A DNA stretch of 63,823 bases, the filler included, from Psammoneis japonica (lineage: Eukaryota), in NCBI GenBank assembly GCA_008632985.1. It is 3 parts of 3 records of this genome, joined end to end, with 100 filler letters (N's around TTAATTAATTAA, not from the genome) between each part and the next. Parts side by side here need not be neighbours in the genome. Positions count along the whole stretch, not along the records: positions 1 to 30,104 come from QPGO01000403.1; positions 30,205 to 60,168 come from QPGO01000400.1; 1 more part is not named here. One strand, written 5' to 3'. Under the pieces are notes generated by a model, which worked only from the letters and a program-made list of their open reading frames with translations, did not search any database and had not been told where the DNA came from. Shown here piece after piece: positions 25,450-39,260 of the stretch (positions are counted from its first letter, which is position 1; each line of letters begins with the position of its first letter). The translations under genes and the position numbers were made by a program.

Positions 25450-28400
25450 AGTGATTCATCACTCTGATTCTTGTCAGAATCCCGCAGCATTTTTGACATT
25501 TTTTCTCAAAGAGAAGCTGTGGCAGCTGCTGTTTTCCTGCTCAGCCACACGCCAACAAAATGAGCGAGTGCACACTCTGGCTGGAAGGCATGCAAAGCCC
25601 ATCTTGTGGGGGAGAAGCCCAAAGCACCAGGAGGGGCACTTGTTGTTGGCCTCCCAGATGAGAACCATCTTCTTTGGTGGCAAGCTGTGCTGCTCTGGGG
25701 CCACAGAGTGGCGGACGATGGCTGCCTCCCCACAGCAACCACAGGCCTTGTTTCGCAGCACGCTCGGCTTTCTCTCTGTCTCTGTGGCCTCTTTTGCATC
25801 TGACTTTGTTGTGAAAGGCAACAGATTTTTGTTTTTGCAATGCTGTGCATGAATGTTGATTGCTGAAGGTGATGGTCATGTTGACACCTTCAAAATCTCA
25901 ATGGAGAACATCAAGCAAGTGACAGCGGTCATCCACTGGGTTTCTCTGCCAAAATGAAAGCAATCAAAAATGATTGCTGATGAAAACATTTTGGTCAGCA
26001 ATCAAAATTGATGACTCATCACAAGCAAGCAATCAAAAATGATTGGTCACAACTGAGTCATGAGCACAAGTGTGGGTGAAGATTTGCTCAACATTTTGAC
26101 AGCCAATCAAAGTTGATCACCAGCCAGCAATTTTCAGCAAAAAATGCAGCAGAAGTGATGAAAACTGACACACACAAAAAGACATTGGGCATGGTTGATT
26201 TGCCAAACAACCCAATTTCCATCACTTGCACATGAAAACACACAATGACCAAAATTTGCAGACAGTGCAGGAGGGCATTGAGCCCCTGGTCACAGCTCTT
26301 CTGCCCCCCTTCTCAGCTGCCAGCTGTCCTCTCCAGCTGTTTTCAGATGTGCTCCAGCTTTGGGCAGGACCTTGCACTGCTGCTGCACTGTGACATCAAG
26401 AGTTTTTTTCTGTTTTTCAAAGACAAGCACTTTCCACATTTTGCGCTCATGACAACACAAATGGGCTGGGCATGACCTCAATGTCTGAAAAGTGCACCCA
26501 GTCAAAAATTGCATGATGTGCCTCAAGCAGCATCATGGAGGAGGAGGAGAAGCATTTGCACGATTGCCTCTTTTCCTGCTGGCAATTGCTCACATGTGTT
26601 CATGGCTCAACAGCTTTGCTGCGGAGCTTGCGCACAAAAAAATTTTGCAGGCCCAATGTCGCGTGCAGCCCCACCCACCTGCTGGGGCAATGGCGCGCTC
26701 CTCTGGACAAGGCAAGGCACAGACAGATGACAGAGTTTCAATTCAGTGCGATTGCTGGGCTTCCAGAAGAGCACTGTTCTTTCATTGGCCACCCAGTGGC
26801 TGGCGACTGCAGACTTTTTCATGTTGGTCAGCCAGCCAGTCGTCAGTCAGCCAGGATGTGTGGATGTTGGGATGTCAGGGTGCTGGCTGGGATGCTGGGA
26901 TGTTGGCATTTGAAAGTGCGCCCTCTGAATTTGGAGCAGCATGGGTTGCTCAGCACACGCGAGCTGCTCAGATTCTCAGAATGATCTTTGAGATGCTGGA
27001 GTTCACGTGGGCTTCCCAAAAAATCTGCAAATTTCCCATGATGGGCTCATGGAGCACTCAGCTCTTGACAAGTGTGCTTTGTTGCCAGTTGTGGACATGT
27101 TCCAGCTCCAGGTGGGACCTCGCACTGCCAAACTGTGACATCAACAGTTTTTTGGATCACGCTGCATGTTGCACATGCAGATGGCTGCGTGTGATGTTCC
27201 ATGAAATTGTTTCATGCTTCCTGTTTTGTGCAGCAAAGGCTTTCTGTTTTCAACATTTGTGACAATGAAAATGTGCTGGGCATGTTCTTCAATGTCTGCA
27301 GAATGTGCCCATGCAAGCTGTTGTTGATGTGCTCAAAGTGTGAAGGAGGAGACACGTTCATAAAACCGCCTCTTTTTCTGTTGGCAATGATTCACATTTT
27401 CATCACTTGACAAATTTGCTGCGGAGCTTGCACGTGGGATTCTGTGGGCACAATGTCACATGGTGTCCCACCTGGGATTGGAACCCATCTGTGCGCGAGG
27501 CAGCCATGCCAGAAAAAGCACGCCAAGCAACAAGTGCATCATCGGCGTGGTGTGCTGTTTTGGTGGCAACTCAATGAGTCACCAACAATGCTGGTCTGCA
27601 CTGCAGCCCTGAACACGGCATGAGCCATCTGGCACAATGGCGGCCCACACCGCCGCTCATGGCAGATGTGTTCCAGCCGCACGTGACACAAATCGTGTGC
27701 AAAAACGATGTTTGTGCAATTTTTGCGCAGTCACTTGCAAACAAAATTTCACTGCCAAAAGCACAGATTTATCCAAAACTGGATGTTTTGCAACACTGGC
27801 AAGACTTGCATCAGTGTTGCAATGTCATTGTTTTTGTGCCATCCATGTTTTTCATTGTGGCAAACGAGCCTCAACACAACGGACAATTTTTGGCAAAATT
27901 GTTGCAGTTGTTTGAATGTCAAATTGAGCGATTTTTTCACAAGACCTTCTGGTGGGTGTTTTGCCTGCAACCAAAAATCTGCGCTCAATGTGCTGATGCA
28001 CAATCAGCACTGAGTCTGCAGAGGGAGTTCACGATGCATGTCACGCGCAGAAATGAGTGCCAACGAAAACACTGTTTGTGTGTTCATGCTCCAGACACCT
28101 GCAAAAGCTCACCCACCTGAGTGTTTCATGTTGAAATGCTCCACACATGAGAGATGCACAACTCATGTTCAAAACAGATTGTCGTTTTGTGTGCCATCTA
28201 GGGCTGGAACATGTCAGTGGCTGTCGTGCACAAAACACACAAAGTTGAAGAAGAGGCAAGTGGCCAACGCTCCCCTTGGGCTGCTTTTTGCAGTTGCATC
28301 ACACCAGCTGTTGCCAAAAGGAGCCGTGCTTGTTCTAACAGCAGCGGGGGTCATTGCAGCTCTCAGAGTCATTGCGCAGAAATTGCACAGAAGAGCGCCA

Positions 28401-28560
28401 GAAACAACTGCTGCCGGTCTGTCCGCCCTTCCACACTCGAATGTCAACTTCTCAGGAAATCAATTGAAATGTCATCTGACCAAAGGCACTGCTCTTCACC
28501 ATGCAAATCAAAATGCCTTTGGTCTGATGACATTTCAATTGAGTTCCCGAAAAGTCACCA
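25450..28560. repeat. Unclassified TpA/CpG-depleted repeat DNA with a diverged ~750-800 bp internal duplication
   Basis: TA nearly absent. Blocks ctgtgacatcaa.agttttt (~26388 and ~27133) and ggaggaga...gcctcttt...ggcaat...tttgctgcggagcttgc (~26542 and ~27345) recur. Confidence 0.65.
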
Positions 28561-28680
28561 AGCTCCAATCACCCTCTCGTATGACATTGTGTACATTTCT
28601 ACACGATTCGGTGTTTTTCCTCAAATGTAAAATTCTAATTATGACTCTTCCGACATCTTCGAATGATCCTGTTGGGAGTT

Positions 28681-28721
28681 TGCGCACAAAATGCGCACAG
28701 AATGCGCACAAAATGCGCACA
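28681..28721. repeat. 11-bp tandem repeat (TGCGCACARAA) x ~4
   Basis: tgcgcacaaaa tgcgcacagaa tgcgcacaaaa tgcgcaca. Confidence 0.9.
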
Positions 28722-30104
28722 CCTCAGCAGAAAGATACCCGGATTTTACGGAGGCAGGTCGGACGCTCCACGCCGCCTGACGGACGCTCGAAGGCCGCAC
28801 ATCACATCGCATCACCCAGCCCGAAAATCGACCATGACGTCTTATTCGTTTCAAGCCAGCTGTCTCCGACAACACACTGCACACGCACCTGCCGATTCTT
28901 CGATCTTACAAATTCGTCGTTCGGCTGCAAAAGAAACTGTTCCTCAGAGCTGGGCCAGTTGGCGTCAGGTGAAACAGCAGAAAAAGCGCGGAATGAACGT
29001 TGATCGTGCTTTTGCGATAATTCGAGCTCAATCCCTCCGACAATCACGCATCACACCACCACCGAGTAGCGTTTGTGTCGACGTTCGAAACATCTGGTCT
29101 TAAATGAGGCAGTTCGCACAAAGGTCTTTAAAAGAAAATGATGCGGGAGCTTCAGTGCCCATTGCGGATTCTTCTAGCTAGACAGCAGACAGCACATTTT
29201 TAAGAAGAGACGAGTCGGTTGCTCTGGAGCGAAAAGATAAAATCTCCAGCCAGTGGAAATCGCCGCTTGGAGGACATGCAGTTGATGACCCACCGTGTGC
29301 GGCATGTTGCAAGGCAAAGTTGAACAAACAACGGTGCAATTACTGTCCTATGTTTCGAATTGTTATCGCCGGGTCTGCGCAGCCAAGCTTGGTGCACATT
29401 GCAAAAGTGAGACTACAGTACAAGTTGACTTGGTCAGATGACGGCGTGAAACAAGAAAGCCTCTTACGGGAGAAGGGGTAGTGTTGGCACATCAACAAGA
29501 GCGCTCGTGAAAGCTATTTCCCTTGACGATTGCTTCCAACCTACGCTTGTTGTCGTTACAAGATAGACGTGTGGCATTTTTCGAAATGAGATGGGAACCG
29601 TGGGCGCGGATGGCACAATTCAGGGAGGCCCAGCGATCATTGGGCTGGATTTCCCGCTGTCTACAGCACCATGACCTAAACGACCCTCCCGACGTCATCA
29701 GATTTAGAGTTTCTGTGTTGGGTCGAGCACTGAGATGGTGAGAGACTTCTGTGCCAACTCATTGCACTCTTTTGTGCAACATGTCTCGAATCAGTAAGCA
29801 AGGTTGACTAATGCAGGTGTCAGAACGATGTCCGAGCACACCGAATCGATTGAAAGGAAGAGCAAGCCTTTTTTGACAAGGCTCTGGATGTTCAATTTTC
29901 CTGTAGTATGGCGGGAGATAATACTCTTCCACGGTGGTAAGAAGAAGAATGTGCTGCAGCAGAGAAGGTCCGTTGTTGTTGAAAGGCAGCGGAAAGTCGG
30001 AAAGTTGTAGCTATACTCGATTTTTATAGATAGTTCGAATCGGTACGCTTGCTCCCGCCTGCAAGCAGGGATGTTCAGCATTGACCGTGTCTGTATGCTC
30101 CGAC

Positions 30105-30204
30105 NNNNNNNNNNNNNNNNNNNNNNNNNNNNNNNNNNNNNNNNNNNNTTAATTAATTAANNNNNNNNNNNNNNNNNNNNNNNNNNNNNNNNNNNNNNNN
30201 NNNN
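30105..30204. other. Assembly gap with an artificial TTAATTAATTAA linker
   Basis: N runs flank a six-frame stop linker at 30149-30160. Confidence 0.95.
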
Positions 30205-30779
30205 TCTCTGCCCAGTCACCAAATCTTGAAATTTCGCAAGTGGGGCAACAGGCTGTGCATTCTCTCTCTTGAAATTTTTAGCATAGTTAAATGAAATGAT
30301 TAAAGATTGCATCTTTTGCACATCTTGTGTCCTTGAAAGAGATAACAAAATTTTTATGTTCTTTAGAAATGCTGGGGTGTGGATTTCCCGTGTTTAAGAC
30401 ACAACTCCAAACACTGTTGCCAAAATGGGGATGACATTTTGCACCATTGCACAGATTTATGATGCAATTTTTCACACTGTTACCAAAATGGGCAAGACAT
30501 TTTGCACAATTCAATTTTCATTCCTGTGGACATTTGCACTGACATGGCATGCAGTCCCATGTGATGCTCCTCACACTAAAGCTCTGTGGTCACAATGTAA
30601 CACAGAAACTTAACAACTGTGTCGTCGTGTGGCATCGCAAGGTTGTACCGTCACCTTGCCGCGACATCCATGATCACCTTCCATGTTGTTGTTGTGCTCC
30701 ACCTTCCACGTTGCGTCTCGTCTCCCTCCAATTCCGACAGGTCTCGATTGCAAAAACAACAAAATCTCTCGGCAACATG

Positions 30780-33700
30780 TGCATTTCCAACTTGGTCAGC
30801 ATGTGAGCAAGAGGACTTTGACACACAAGAAGGTCTCTTTTTGCAGGATTGTCTCCAACACACATGAATCATTTGTTCCACACTCTCAACACAGATGGAT
30901 TTCTCAACACACTTCCTGCTGGCCAAGCTTTGGCAATCTGGCCAAGAGCGCTTTATGACTGTTCAGCGGTTTGCAACGACAAACATCTGTCCTCCGCGTT
31001 GAGGGAGGTGGAAGAGGAATTGTCAGTGCAGACAGCCAGATGCAGAGATGCTGATGCCAGGAGAAAATCTCTTGCCCGGAAAAGAAAGTGCCAACACCAC
31101 ACCAGTGTCTGGGAAAGCAGCGCATCCACTGATGGGATTGGCTGTGCTTCTGTTGGTCCCCGTGTGGAGGTGCTTTCAAACGAATCACAGAAGGAAATGT
31201 CAGCAGAGTTTTGCTTGTGCTTAAACAGATTTGGACCGTCAAAGTCGATCCATCCATCGTTGTTTGGCACTTCAAGTGTGGAAGACCTGCAACCATCCGA
31301 GGACAGCGACATTGCCAATTCCATAAAAAAAAAACAGAAGACACACAAATGATTGTGAAGCACCTGTTTCCGGCACCATCAACGCCATCCAACAATTGCC
31401 AGAAGGAGCAGGTGCAGATGTTTGTTGTGACGAGCCACTCTTTGCCGACCAAGCAAAGTTGGACCACCACAGTTTTGGAATGTGCAATGACTTAACAGAA
31501 CCCACCGAAATCCCCACTGCCAAGAATGTCGCTGTCGACAATAACATGTTGGTTCTTGGCATTGTTTTTGGTGATGAGATCACTGACGTCTCCGCCCAGG
31601 AACACAGAGATACAGCACATTGTCAGGCACTAGTCAAAATCGGTTTCGATGTCCGCACTGTGGACTGCCGTGAGACAAACACTCCACATCCAAATCACAT
31701 GAACGCCAATGTACAGGCACTTAGTCGATCTGAGAACTGGGCTGCAAAGGAATGCATCTACAACTCTACATCTTTGGACGTTGCGTCTGTGACAAAATCG
31801 TATTTCAACGACAGGGTCTTGTTGGATTCTTTTTTCAGTCAATCGTTAACTTGCTTCCGTCAAAAGCTGTTGGACGTTGGCAATGTGTTTTTGCCCATCG
31901 ATTCGCAGACAGCCCAGTGTCTTTACAAAAACTGGTCTGTGGTTGGCAAAGTTTGGATTGTCAGGTGCCTATGCTGGGATCAGTGGGATGAAATGCCTCT
32001 CTTCCATCCCACTGTAATTGCATCACCAGTCTGTCATGGAAGGGAGGGAGACATGCATTTTTCACAGTGAAGATTTTGGAGCAACATTGTCAGAGGTGCG
32101 CAGTTCTTGGTGCTTTTTCGTACAGCTGGTTCCTCTTTGCTTGTGCTCACTGCTTGTCATTCATCTGTTTCAAGATCAAGGGCTTTGTTTCCGACAAACA
32201 TCACGAACTTGTTAGAACTTTCCCTGCCAACGTCGAGAGAATCAACTTCATTGCTCTTGCTCCACGAAGAAGCAACCGCATCACTACCGCTTGTGAGGTT
32301 GCTAACTCATTGATGGCAGGTGATGGTGTTGACAGCAAGGTTTGTGCAAGATGTTCCTTTGAACATCTAGAAAGCTGTGCAATCTGTCCCATGTGCTGTC
32401 AAATGCCACTGCAAAAGGCTTGGACTACCAAGTCTCTTGTCAACAGTGACCAAAAGCTAGACGAAGCGTTGGAGGTCATCGATGCCAACTACGGTCACCT
32501 GGGTGGAAGGAGGAAGTGAAATACTACGGAAAAAAGCAAGGCGGACATTCTCAAGAAAAAAATTCAATCGTTGGGTAAAACACTGCCAACCGCTGGACAC
32601 CCCGAATGGGCAAGACAACAAGCACTGGGGAACCACCTCCTTCTTCCCAAAAGACAAGAAGAAGTCACAAGCACAGTTGTTCCCAGATTTTGATCTCACC
32701 AATTTGGAAAAAATCAAAAAATCTTGGGAGAGGCAGCTGTTGTTCATTGAGAAAAAACTGGGCTGCCAGATTCAAATGCAGTTCTGTCCACACGTGAACT
32801 GGCACACAGCAAAGGGAGCAGAGTCGGCAAAAAAACTTGCCTTGGAGCTGGGTGGTGACGTTCGTGTGTATTGCCCAATGTGCGCAATCATCCATGTTCC
32901 TCATTACGTCCAAGGGATCCAATCATTGTTAACAAATACAATGTTGCGGGAATCAACACTCCTGTTGATGGCAAACATCTTTCTCAAATGCTTCAATTGC
33001 CGCAGCCACAGGAGATAGCCAGACAAGACCTTTTGTCTCAAACCACCAGCATCATTGAGGATGGATTACACAGTGGTCTCAGAGATGAGTTTGTCACCCT
33101 TTCAAAAGCAGACAAATGCAGAAAGTTTTGCTCCATGGACATCAGGATTAATGCAACAGGTGGGAAATGGAGCAGAAGCTGTGGCGTGGGAGTGGCAATG
33201 CCGGGATGCCCCCCCTGGAGCACCCAACCGAGCCTCTCCAAGGTTGCGGTGGTGGATGCTACAATTGCCTGTGATGGTTGTGCATGGTGTGTGCCATGGG
33301 ATGCTGGATGGAATACAAAGAGCGCAACAGGGTGTGACAAGTGCCATGAGACAAAAGGTCACCACGAAATGTCAAAGATGGCCAAACTGCCCCAAGACAA
33401 TCTGTGGGATGTTCTGAGAGAGTTCCATGCACACACCTCCTCAATGGAGCAGCAACTTGGCATTCAGATGCAAGCAATGGGAAGAAAAATAATCACCATC
33501 ACATTGCTTTAGCCTCATATTTTGTCAAGGACTGGTCCGTGCATCTTTCCCAAGAGAATGTTGACAAGCTCATGGAGAATTGTGTGCCTGAAACAAACAG
33601 CTACTTCACACACTTGTCGCACACTTGGTCAATCATTGACAGTCAGTTGGACAAGCTGGAGTTGAACGTAAATTGTCCACATGCGGAGTCCCTAACAACA

Positions 33701-34920
33701 GTCTTACAGGAACACTTGGACACCATTGATCTTTACACACTCAGCAACCAGGAAGAAATTTCTAAGGCAACGGAAAAGACACTATCCATGGCGGAAACAC
33801 TGGCCAATTACAGAAACGGAAGGTGTGTCAAGATGAAGGAGGGTAAGACTCAAACAATGATGCTCGGGTGCATTGCGTGGCTGTAGATTTTGTTTTGCAA
33901 TTGCTGTGATGGAGCCGTTCATCTGAGACACGTTACAGAGTACAAGGCGTTGGTTTGCAGGGAGTGCAATGGAACTCCGCTGCTAGTTTGGTCTATTTTA
34001 ACCACAATCTCTTTGCCAGCCCGGGCAAGAGTCCTCTCGGCTCTGTCGCAACCGAGAGGTGACCCATTCAAGTGCATTGTGCGATTGGTGAAAGAGGCAA
34101 AATGTGGTGGGGACCCTAGCAATGCTCACTCTTCCTCCCATCCAAGGTGGCAGAACATCAACAAAAGCCTGTACGACAGCACTCCTGAAACCAAGGATTG
34201 TCCATCTTGTTTCGTTTGTTTTTTGGAGCAGCAAGACAGAGTGCCATGTGATCCAAATTTGACAGAGGCCAGCAAGAACAGGACACAGCTTGTCAGTTGA
34301 TAACAGATGGAAAGAAATGCAAGGAAATGGGCATGCCAGAAGAAATGTGGAAAGCAGTGCAGCTGGGTGGTGTAAGAGGTACTCTTTGCACATCCAATCT
34401 GGTGCCCTGCCTTGGGGATTGTCCAGCCGAGAATGCCACCTGTGCTGCTTTAAATGATGATGATAAAAACGGATTCTATCATCACCTTGTTGACACCATG
34501 GTAGACAGCCGTCCCGTTGAATTTTCAGGTGGGATTGAAACAGAGGAGGCTGGGAATACATGTGAAGCTGCAGGGAGACTAATGCGCAACAACAAAATGT
34601 TAGTGACCATGGCATGCATGGACCAACTCTCTTGCCACCTGCACCATCTAAAGAAGCATGGTTTGAAAGAGGACTTTATTTTTCTGCATGACGATGGCAC
34701 AGTCTTCTTGCCCATGTGACACAAGGAGTTGTGCACCACTGCCTCAAAGACACACAGATTCAAACACAGGATTGAGTTCTTTATGGTTGACAAATGGCAT
34801 GGATTAGAGGACTTTGTTGCTAAATGCGACCACACAACTGACCCAGAGAGTGTGTGGTCCCATTCCAACCTGGCAGCCTGCCACCAAAAAATGTTGATGG
34901 AATTCGGGAAAATCATGTGA
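30780..34920 (+). pseudogene. Degenerate long accessory ORF convergent with the Plavaka transposase; possible MTase-like, PHD-like and PWWP-like modules
   Basis: Chain of plus-strand ORF fragments (31396-32070, 32067-32519, 32871-33512, 33404-33886, 33890-34300, 34297-34719) broken by stops and frameshifts. Domain calls are tentative. Confidence 0.45.
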
Positions 34921-34994
34921 GGAGAAAAACTTTCTTTTAATGATTTGTCATGCTTCATGTGCACTCCTGCCTCCAGAGCACACATCACCATTTA

Positions 34995-37240
34995 AAAAGA
35001 TGTCCGGCCACTCATCCTTCATGTTGGCGACAAACAACATCTTTTCATCAGAGAGCTCTTGATCCGACATCCAACATGGTGCCAGACAGAGACAAATTGG
35101 TTGCCTTGGTGCCATCCTCTAAATTTTTTTCACGACTTTTTTTTTTGTTTTGGGCCTTTCTTCCATTTCTTTGCTCTGTAAGTCAGAGCTGTCTTTGGCA
35201 AAACAATGCCCATGCCAACAAGCATGTTTTTCTGACAATGCTGAAAGGTGCATTTTGGTGACGTGCCCTCCATTCGCCAATGCTGAAACAAACTGTTCTT
35301 ACTCATTTGCCTTTCATCATTGCTTTGCTTTTTACATGTTCTCCCAAAAACAACAACCTCTTTTTCATCGTCATTCAGAACGAACCCGTGCAATTGCATT
35401 GGGAACAAGCTGTCCATTCCGTCATCATTTCTGTGTGTAACACGAGCAAAGTCATGCTATCACCCAGCCTTGCGATAGTTTGGGTGGGCTCAAAATCTCA
35501 ATTTGTGTTCTGCCTATAGATTTAACTCAGAACACACCACAACGTGCTGCCATCTTATTCCCAACTGGTTTCGATGGCACAAAAATCTACGACATCCTCC
35601 TCCAAATGAGTGCTTTGTTCCCATTTCATCTCCAAGGTTCTGGTGCACTCGCAGCATGTTTTTTCAAGTCGGTTGACTGTGAACACTGCATGGCCTCAGT
35701 CGTGGTGTAACTTTGTGCTGGGTGACAAATCATCAGTGGCATGGGAATGGACAATCAAATCATTCACTCTCTCCAACAGACTCTGCTTATACAACTGGCT
35801 GGCAAGCTGACAGGTGAACTCTTCTTTGCCTTGCAAGGCTTGGCATGTCCGGCTGGGAAGCTTTGCCCATTTCTTTAGACCAGACTCACCTGTTGCGGCA
35901 TCCCATCCAGAGAATGCACCCAATTGATAAAGAGCAGCAATCAAGTGAAGAAGATCATGGAACTTTGACGTTTTCCATCCATGTGTGCCATTGCCATGAT
36001 TGACCATGCTGTGTAGCTTGAACATCAGAAGAACAAGGAGACATTTGACATCAACGCGATTGGTGTGTGAGTGCAGGGAAGAACCACAGCTGTAAAAGGA
36101 GTGGAACAACAACAATTTGTTGAGCAAAAGTAAGAGGTGATCCACATCATCACAGTCCACTGAACGACTGGCCGGCTTGAGGTCCAAGCTCTTTAGCCTG
36201 TCACAGAATGGAATTGGCAATTCCTTTTCAATTTCAGAACAGACCAACGGTTGGTTGTGAGAAGTTGCCTGTGTGTGCAGTGCCTGACCGCAGTCTGCAC
36301 AATGTCTCAAACTGTCTGCAACAGAGGAATCGTTTTCATTTGGGATGCAGAATTGTTCACCCAGGTTGACATTTCTTGTTTGCATCCACACAATGTTGTG
36401 GCAGAGATGGGCTTGAGTTTTTGTCAGCTGCAAAAGATAAGGACATGTGTGCAAGAGCCCATGGACATGGACTCAAAGGGGACTCGGTGCAGCACTGGAG
36501 CAACAATGCTGGGCAACATTAACTTGAGCTTTGACATGAAAGTTTGAGAAGAGGGAATTTGTTGGGTCACAGACAACCCACCACTGGAGAATTCCTCTTG
36601 TGCAGTTCTCAGCAATTCATCAGTCACACTGATTGGGACACCCTTGGAGCAACACAGATTCAACAGGAGGACCATGGAAATGGTTTCGCTGTTGTAAACT
36701 TCGGGCACCACGAGGTCCTCATCAGCAGAGAGGTGTTCAACTTGATCGAGTGCAGCAAAAGGGCCTGATTTGGCAACGGCGGCAGCAGCACCCTTGGTGT
36801 CGGAAACAAATTCTTCGTGGTCAGGGAACTGGCATTCTGAAACATCATCAGCGTGGGGCAGAACGGCATTGTCATGGGAACAATGCAACTCTGGCACAGA
36901 TAAAAATGCATGATTGGATCGCAACGACCGGGGACAGAGTCACGTGCAACCTTGTGGAGTTGGCCCGGTGTTGGAGTGGGACCCTGTGGCAACAAATTCA
37001 ATGGGAGGAGAGCCAAGGGGTAGAAGAGGCAGCAACGTCCCCTGGTTCTTCCAATTCTCCCATTTGCAACTGTTCGCCATGAGCTGCGTTGGATTGATGG
37101 GAAGAAACGGCACAAAGGCTTTGAGAAAAGGGCAGTTTGCAGGGAAGATGAGTTCTTAGGTGGTGTTGAAGACCAGTTGGGAGGAAATGTTTGCCACACA
37201 TGAGACAATCATTTCCAACAGCAAAGGGGGGTGCCATTGT
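34995..37240 (-). mobile_element. Plavaka-type (CMC/EnSpm-related) transposase pseudogene, probably internally deleted
   Basis: HGWKTSKFHDLLH...GWDAATGESGLKKWAKLPSRTCQ, downstream LRAHPNYRK, and upstream LLNLC..GVPIS..DELL. The central catalytic core was not seen. Confidence 0.7.
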
Positions 37241-38629
37241 TCATGTTGTAAAAACAAGTGAGATGCAAATGAGTGGGGCGAGCCACGTGGTAAAAACAAC
37301 ACGTGGCAGGCAACAAGATTGTGTTGTGTGAGTCAACTTACATTTGAGCATGCAAGATTGTAGCTTGGTTTAACACACAACATCAGTTGTCTGCATGCCA
37401 GTATGTGGCGCTTGCATCAAATGATTAACAACGTAACAGAAATCCGACTTTCCGCAGCAACTGAAATTTTGTCATGCTGGCGCGCATGTCAGATCATTGC
37501 CCCACCAGACAGACAGACCAAGAACTGTCTCTCCAATAGACAATTGAAAACAAAAAGCATGTTTGTGAGTCCCTGCTTGTGGAAGGACTGATCCATTTGT
37601 TGTACAGAGGATTGCCTTGATGTGCAGTTCTCCAATGGAAGCCGGGTGCTGCAACCCACGGAGTGTGAAGTGGGCCCTGAAGACACCGGATGCCTGCCAT
37701 CATTGTGGAGATCACGGGGTCTTTTTGCTTCAGAAGGATCTGGAATGAAAAAACATGATGGAGGGCAAGGAGTGCTGCCCACTGTGTGAGCCATGCTGTC
37801 AAAAAGGTAAGAAACCAGCAAAGAAGAAGAACTCTTCAAAGCGGCAACAGCAGAGTGTGCGGAGACGCAACATAAGAAGCAAAAAATCATAGCTCCAGGA
37901 AGCAGATCACTCAACTGTAAAAGGCATGGCATTTTAGCAAAAGCTTGAGACTCACTGCACATGGCACTCTCGCAACTGCATAAACAGCAGTGACAATTGT
38001 GAGACATTGAGACAATCAAGGTTGCCGAATCAAATCTGCTCCTGTTGATGTCGTTCATGGATTGATGGAAGTTGACGTTCAATCTTTTTTGTGTTGCCAC
38101 ATTACTGTTGGTCTTTGGCAATGGCATGCAACAGTGGGAAGTTAGTCATGAGCATGCATGCAGAGCAGGTTATGCATGCTGTGACTGTGCTTAATGCCAT
38201 TCAATGCCAGAACCTACGTAGATTCTACGGTCTTTAATAAAAAGGTTATTTTGACCCACCCACCCACCCCTGTTACATGCAGAAGCTTGAGGTGGAACAC
38301 AGCTTTAATTCTGACTTGTCCACATCTAAAGTCATCTAAAGATCGCGCATGTTCATAACCATCGCCAACACATTCTGTGATGTCCTAGAGAGCAGGAAAT
38401 GGACAAAGTTTGACCTGTTGCTGGANATTCTACTTTGGCGAACGTGCATGCTTTTAGTGTGATGAATCCGGTTTTTTGCAAAAAATTGGTGGATCCATCC
38501 TTAACGTCCAACACATTGCTGACTGGAAGTTTGTCCAGAAACAAAAACAAGACAAAATAAACATAAATTGTGACACTCTAGAGACAACGCATTCAGCCAG
38601 AATTTCGAGTTGATGCCATGTCAGGTTAT

Positions 38630-39260
38630 CCTCTTCTTCTTACCAATGCACTTCCTCCAAGTTTTCTTTCCAATGCACTGCAACTCATGATGGATGTGCT
38701 GTGGTGTTCTGATGTTGCAGCTTCAGTATATAATTTCTGTGCAATTCCACACATGATGGAATTTTCACCCAACAATCCCCCAATCATCATTTCCTTTCCT
38801 TCGTTGGGGCCCATGTTGGACTTTCCTGGATGCATTTTCTTTCCCGATGTCAGTGTGTTTTCTACGTTAAATTCTACATGATTCAGCAATTTCTAAGTCA
38901 GCTATTCCAGTGCAAATTTCATGTGCAATTCTACGCGTTTGGCCAGATTTTCGAGGCGACGACCTTTTCAGGTTTATCTTTTTGTTCTTCTCACCAACGT
39001 GTTCCCTTTGAGTTTTCTTCCCAACACACTGCAATTCATGATGGACATTCTACGGTGTTCCAAAGTGGGTCATCATAAGTCTTTCAAGTGGTTCGCATCT
39101 CCAAGTCTCAGTGTTGTTCCTCTTGCTCTTCGATGCAGCTATAGCAGCACACAATTTCTGTACAATTCTACGCATGACGGAAATTTCATCCGACATTTCC
39201 GATCATCATTTCTCTTTCTTTGTTGGGGTCCGTGTTGGACTTTCTTGGGTGTTTTCATCC
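38630..39260. repeat. Diverged direct repeat (two copies, ~38630-38840 and ~38990-39260)
   Basis: Shared blocks agttttct..ccaa..cactgcaa.tcatgatgga, aatttctgt.caatt and gttgggg.cc.tgttggactttc. Confidence 0.7.

Noticed and set aside
30149..30160. TTAATTAATTAA palindrome (also at 60213-60224)
   Set aside because: Artificial six-frame stop linker inside N gaps.
37489..38127. Cys-rich ORF resembling a zinc finger, and many similar ORFs in mutated regions
   Set aside because: Cys/His excess is expected from Tyr/Arg codon mutation, and the spacing is not convincing.
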